From assembly GCA_000091165.1 (NCBI GenBank), contig FP565575.1, positions 1,500,001 through 1,532,000 of the forward strand: 32,000 nt of DNA, given 5' to 3'. The notes beneath the pieces are model-generated. The model saw only the letters and a program-made list of their open reading frames with translations, did not search any database and was not told where the DNA came from. This document shows positions 27,829 to 32,000 of this stretch, piece after piece (positions within the stretch are counted from its first letter, which is position 1; each line of letters begins with the position of its first letter). Origin of the DNA: Candidatus Methylomirabilis oxygeniifera (lineage in GTDB: Bacteria; Methylomirabilota; Methylomirabilia; Methylomirabilales; Methylomirabilaceae). A program made the translations under genes and the position numbers.

Positions 27829-28048
27829 TGTGGCCGCTCCCTCTCCTGAATCTGCATTCTGATGTCGCCCCGACCACCCCGCACCCCTCGGCGTTCTCCA
27901 GATAAGTGAGATGAACCTCCGGGTAAGGGGTGATCAGGACTATGACCCGACGAATATGTTATCGTACCGACAGGCCGATTTCTTGAGGGGAATCTACCCG
28001 ATTGGCCCCATCCCCACCTATAGCCGGAGAAGGAGTGGGCTTCGCCGC

Positions 28049-29740
28049 TTATGGCCTATACACGCACACGAGATCCTGGCGGAGCGCCTCTCGGGCCTCT
28101 ACGACGACGGCCTGAAGGAGCGACTGAAGTTCTGTTGGAGGGTTGAGTCCAAGCGCGTGTTCGGCGGTCTGCAGTGCCTTGAGCGGTTCTCCGGCGCCGA
28201 GCGCGGCGATCGCCAGGCCGCTCCAGTCGGAGGGCGTCGGATTCGCAAGGGCGCACAGCGCCTCGTATACGGGAACCGCCGCCGTCCACGCCTCCAGACT
28301 CCATAATGCCTTGCCGATGAGGCGATAGAGTGCGGGTTCAACCACCCCTTGCTGGAGAAGCGTATGACCCTCCTCTACCAACTCCGACCATCGCCCCAGT
28401 TGCGCATATGCCTGACAGAGGCCAAGGCGGGCGTTCTGCAACTCAGGCTCTCCGGCCAGGGCCTCTCGAAATGCTTGCATGGCTTTTTCGGAATCGCCAA
28501 GCTGGTTGTGCGCAGCCCCGATGTTGACGAAAAGCGAGGGAGTGGTATCCCCCAATCGGTGGGCGGTCTCGAACGCCTCAAGGGCAGCATCCGGCCGACC
28601 CATGGCAAGGTGAATCACACCCAAGAGCGTATGCGTACCAGGAAAATCCGCATTCACACGAATCGCCTGGCACACGGAGTTCCGCGCTGCCTCGTACTGC
28701 TGGAGTTTGTATTGGACGGTCCCCATCAGCAACCATGGCGCCCACGGCACAAGTCGGACGGGATGCCCGGGCTGCTCTGGGCGATGCGCGAATTCGACCG
28801 CCTTGCGGAACTGTTCGAGCGCGGTCTCCGGCTCCTGCTTGTGATCGTAGGCCTGGCCCAGGTAGAGATAGGCTGACGCGAGCGCGGGCCACAGGGCGAT
28901 CGCCTGCCGGAGGGCCGCAATGGCTTCGTCAGGCGCCTCCTGCAGCAGGTGCAGCACGCCGAGTTGCTGACAGGCCAACGCAGCGGTGGCATCGCCGATC
29001 GTCTGTTGCCCCCGTGTCCGTTCGCAATCAAACAGTGCAAGCGCCCGCCGATAGCTCGCAATGGCCTGATCCTGCTGCGACAGCGTCATATGCGTCTCAG
29101 CCAACTGGATCCAGGTCAAGCTGTCCTCCGGCGTGCGGCTAACTTGGTCCTCGAGCAGCCGAAGATTTCGCATCGCTTTAGCCTGCATGACCTCATGGGT
29201 TTGAAGATAGCCAAGGTGCTCCAGCGTCATCTCCGAGTAGATGATCTTGCCTTTGCCCCTCAGAGAAGGTAAGAGACATTCATGTATGACTCCCTCGTAC
29301 CTCGCCCCGATCCTGCTTCGAAACAGCCGCGGCAACCATCTGAGTGGAATCGTCCCCAACGCACTGCCGCCATGAGTCGGACACTGAAGCTTCACGAGAT
29401 AGGCGGCCACATCGGGGACCTCGACCAGGTCACGCATCAGGGGTCCGCTGTTGCCGACAAGCCGTTCATCGGCATCCAAGACGAGAATCCAATCGCCGAC
29501 CGCACGGCGAAGGGACTGGTTCCGGGCGGCGGCAAAGTCGTCGCGCCATTCCTCACGGAAGACCCGTGCCCCGGCCGCAGTGGCGATCTCGACCGTCCGA
29601 TCTGTCGATCCCGTATCGACAACGACGATCTCATCCACAAACGGGCCGGCGTTCGCGAGGCAGTCCGGTAAATACCGCTCCTCATTCTTCACGATCATGC
29701 AGAGGCTTACGATCTCCCGCCTCTTGACCCGCTTGCCCAT
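28049..29740 (-). CDS. Family 2 glycosyltransferase fused to TPR repeats
   Basis: 563 aa: IVSLCMIVKNEERYLPDCLANAGPFVDEIVVVDTGSTDRTVEIATAAGARVFREEWRDDFAAARNQSL...LVLDADERL, followed by many TPRs (SLFVNIGAAHNQLGDSEKAMQAFREAL...). Confidence 0.93.
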   Translation of the reverse strand: MGKRVKRREIVSLCMIVKNEERYLPDCLANAGPFVDEIVVVDTGSTDRTVEIATAAGARVFREEWRDDFAAARNQSLRRAVGDWILVLDADERLVGNSGPLMRDLVEVPDVAAYLVKLQCPTHGGSALGTIPLRWLPRLFRSRIGARYEGVIHECLLPSLRGKGKIIYSEMTLEHLGYLQTHEVMQAKAMRNLRLLEDQVSRTPEDSLTWIQLAETHMTLSQQDQAIASYRRALALFDCERTRGQQTIGDATAALACQQLGVLHLLQEAPDEAIAALRQAIALWPALASAYLYLGQAYDHKQEPETALEQFRKAVEFAHRPEQPGHPVRLVPWAPWLLMGTVQYKLQQYEAARNSVCQAIRVNADFPGTHTLLGVIHLAMGRPDAALEAFETAHRLGDTTPSLFVNIGAAHNQLGDSEKAMQAFREALAGEPELQNARLGLCQAYAQLGRWSELVEEGHTLLQQGVVEPALYRLIGKALWSLEAWTAAVPVYEALCALANPTPSDWSGLAIAALGAGEPLKALQTAEHALGLNPPTELQSLLQAVVVEAREALRQDLVCVYRP

Positions 29741-29742
29741 CC

Positions 29743-32000
29743 TCAGCTACGACAGGCGGCAGCAGGTTGATCGCAGTGTACGTACGTGTCAAGGGCCGTA
29801 GCCACCGTCCGGCCGGCCTCCCGAACCCGTACACCGAAATCGGCCAGCGACGCAGCAAGATCCAGGTCCTCACGAAGCGGCCCGATCGTGCGACACACCG
29901 CCGGATTAAACACGATGCAGGATGGGACAAGGTGATCCGTCACCGCAAGCTGTTTCCCATAGCGATGAGCCCGGCGCAGGACGAACTGGCGGAGCGCTTT
30001 GCCGGTCCCTTTGTAGTCAGCCTTGACCTGTTGCGGGGCCAGACCATCGTTCATCGCGGGACCGACCATGGCAAGGTGTGGGTCGCGATCACAGGCAGTC
30101 AGCAGGCGCTTCAACCACCCTGGCGTAACGACCACGTCACCCGACAGCAGGATCACCGGCTCGTCACCCGACGATTGGAGCAACCGGTTGAGCAGTTGTA
30201 CGGCAGGTACGTCAGCGGTTCCGATCTGCCACCCATCCGGACACGATGGCTGAGGCGGTGGAGCGCATCCGTTCCCGTTGCCGGTCGAAGGACTGATCGT
30301 AATAGCTAACGGCTGGTTCGTGTGTTGGACCAGCGACGACCACAACGGGGTAATTCCATGACCGTTGGGAATAATGATGGCGCTGAACGGGGTCTCTCCC
30401 ATGACGGCGGGCTCGCACCGGCCGGGATCCTCGCTAATCTCCCGCCACCACCGGCCGTCACTGTCACACCGGTGGTCAGCACCGACGTCAGGAAGCGGAA
30501 CCGACAACGGCGCGCTCGGAGCCGACTGTGGCGGAAAGCGATACCCTTTTTCGTATAGCGCATCGTCGGGGATACCCCACTTCGCCTTGAACAACCCCCA
30601 GTTGCGCATGAGGCTCTGACGGTAGTCGATCTTCGCAGTCTTGAACGTTTGGCTCCCAGTATGGTGGACAAAGACATCCAGCGCGATCCGCGCCCGAAAA
30701 CCGACCTGGAATGCCCGGATACAGAAGTCGTCATCCTCGAAGTTGCCGCTGCCGAACTGCTCATCCAGCCCCCCGATACGCGCAATGACCGCTTTGCGCG
30801 CAAGCAGGCAGAAGCCGACAACCCTGGTCGCCTCTCGACTTTGCCCGTCCTGGCTTTGAGCCCACCCCGCCGCAAATACGGCAAGCCCCTCACGTCCCTG
30901 ATATGAGGTCTCCCGCACCAGTTGGGGACCCGACACATAATTGGACATCGGTCCAACGATACCGACATCGGGATGCGCGTTGAAAACCCGGAGCATCCGC
31001 GTGAGCCACCCTTCGGTGACAACGGTGTCGTTGTTGAGCAACAGCACATACTCGCCTTTGGCCAGCGCAAGCCCCTGATTGTTGCCGGCGGCAAACCCTC
31101 GATTCGTCGCATTTGCAACGATCCGGACATTGTCGTGAGCGGCCATGTACTCACGCAAGTAGGCGAGCGTACCGTCGGAAGAGGCGTTGTCCACAATGAT
31201 GAGCTCATGCGGCTCTGGAGTGTGCGCCTGGATACTCGCTAGGCATGGCCGCGTATGCTCAAGCCCATTGTGGGTGAGGATGATGATCGACGTGAGGCGT
31301 GAGGCGTGAGGCGTGAGAGGCGATTCGGTCTTCGGCATTCGGCCTTCCGCCTGCTGTGTCGTTACTTCAGCCTTCAGCCTTCGGCCTTCGGCCTTCATTG
31401 TTGGCTTAAACCAGTTGATACCCCACAACTCCACCGGGCTGGGAACGTTGCCGACGCCATAGTGGACTTCGAGTTTCGCGTACAGTTTGTCCGTACTCTC
31501 CTGAACAAGCCGCGACGTCTTCGTCTCCGCCTCCGACTTGAAACTGACCTGACCTTCGTGGTGAACGAAGGTGTCGGTGGCCACAAGCAATGTATAGCCC
31601 TTCAGCCGCAATCGCCACGACAGATCAAGGTCGTCGTTTCCCAGGAACAGCTCCTCATCCAGCAGACCGACCTCATTCAACGCCCGACGTGGCAACATCA
31701 GGCAGAAACCAATAAGGAGTTTAGTCTCTACGGCGCATCCTCGATTCACCCGCGCCATCTGTTCGGCGATCTCCGCGACGGTACGGCCGTTCTTCAGTTC
31801 AGGTTTATAGAGTTGATATTTTTGCAGCCCCGCCACGTAATCTGAAACCGGTCCGACCGCTCCTACCCCTGGTCCGAAATGGCCGATTAATCGATCCACC
31901 CACCCAGGCGTCACAACGGTATCGGGGTTGAGCAAAACTACGTATTCGCCGGATGACGCGCGGATCCCTTGATTGCAGGCGGCTGAAAACCCGACATTGT
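29743..32000 (-). CDS. Multi-module family 2 glycosyltransferase (three GT2-like modules), N-terminus beyond right edge
   Basis: The frame stays open to 32000 (...NVGFSAACNQGIRASSGEYVVLLNPDTVVTPGW...), so the track TTG start at 31935 is an artefact. Modules carry LLNPDTVVTPGW, LLNNDTVVTEGW and LLSGDVVVTPGW. Confidence 0.93.
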   Translation of the reverse strand, partial: NVGFSAACNQGIRASSGEYVVLLNPDTVVTPGWVDRLIGHFGPGVGAVGPVSDYVAGLQKYQLYKPELKNGRTVAEIAEQMARVNRGCAVETKLLIGFCLMLPRRALNEVGLLDEELFLGNDDLDLSWRLRLKGYTLLVATDTFVHHEGQVSFKSEAETKTSRLVQESTDKLYAKLEVHYGVGNVPSPVELWGINWFKPTMKAEGRRLKAEVTTQQAEGRMPKTESPLTPHASRLTSIIILTHNGLEHTRPCLASIQAHTPEPHELIIVDNASSDGTLAYLREYMAAHDNVRIVANATNRGFAAGNNQGLALAKGEYVLLLNNDTVVTEGWLTRMLRVFNAHPDVGIVGPMSNYVSGPQLVRETSYQGREGLAVFAAGWAQSQDGQSREATRVVGFCLLARKAVIARIGGLDEQFGSGNFEDDDFCIRAFQVGFRARIALDVFVHHTGSQTFKTAKIDYRQSLMRNWGLFKAKWGIPDDALYEKGYRFPPQSAPSAPLSVPLPDVGADHRCDSDGRWWREISEDPGRCEPAVMGETPFSAIIIPNGHGITPLWSSLVQHTNQPLAITISPSTGNGNGCAPPPQPSCPDGWQIGTADVPAVQLLNRLLQSSGDEPVILLSGDVVVTPGWLKRLLTACDRDPHLAMVGPAMNDGLAPQQVKADYKGTGKALRQFVLRRAHRYGKQLAVTDHLVPSCIVFNPAVCRTIGPLREDLDLAASLADFGVRVREAGRTVATALDTYVHCDQPAAACRS
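31291..31397. repeat. Compound heptamer tandem repeats (CGTGAGG x4, then degenerate CGGCCTT/GCCTTCR series) within the glycosyltransferase ORF
   Basis: CGTGAGGCGTGAGGCGTGAGGCGTGAGA at 31291-31318; CGGTCTTCGGCATTCGGCCTTCCGCC; TTCAGCCTTCAGCCTTCGGCCTTCGGCCTTC at about 31366-31397. Confidence 0.88.

Noticed and set aside
31291-31397. Possible CRISPR-like array in the repeat-rich segment
   Set aside because: Units are 7 nt and contiguous with no spacers and lie inside a coding ORF; no cas genes in the window.
29743-31935. Track start codon of the terminal glycosyltransferase at 31935 (TTG)
   Set aside because: The frame is open to the window edge and encodes expected upstream GT2 sequence (VGFSAACNQGIRASSGEYVVL), so the gene is truncated by the window rather than starting there.

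Overview
This 32 kb, GC-rich bacterial window is a flagellar and motility locus with associated signalling and glycosyltransferase genes. It encodes a basal-body/export operon on the minus strand (flgB-flgC-fliE-fliF-fliG-fliH-fliI, with fliI running off the left edge), a sigma54 regulator/kinase pair, a cheY-like gene, plus-strand motA-motB, and a second NtrC-type regulator/kinase pair. Further right are a REC-GAF-HD-GYP protein, a REC-SHOCT protein, a small FlgM-like ORF, a FliT/FlgN-like ORF, flaG, fliD, fliS and a short fliC. The right third holds a GT2-TPR glycosyltransferase, two large hybrid histidine kinases, an HDOD protein, a second GT2-TPR glycosyltransferase, and a multi-module GT2 protein that runs off the right edge. 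Directly readable promoter elements are two strong sigma54 -24/-12 sites (upstream of flgB and of cheY) and a near-consensus sigma28 site upstream of motA. I found no convincing new defence, CRISPR or mobile system. The least explained signals are: (1) clusters of degenerate 7-nt tandem repeats at gene boundaries, one cluster translated inside the glycosyltransferase; (2) G/C-run palindromes, one intergenic and two translated into protein; (3) a 112-bp inverted-repeat element beginning GTCATTGCGAG next to the motA promoter; (4) a possible divergent anti-sigma28 ORF; (5) a three-module glycosyltransferase whose third module looks degenerate; and (6) a kinase with a pseudo-receiver and an eroded ATP-binding region. 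The repeats and gene set resemble what is seen in environmental lineages such as NC10 or deltaproteobacteria, but taxonomy was not established.
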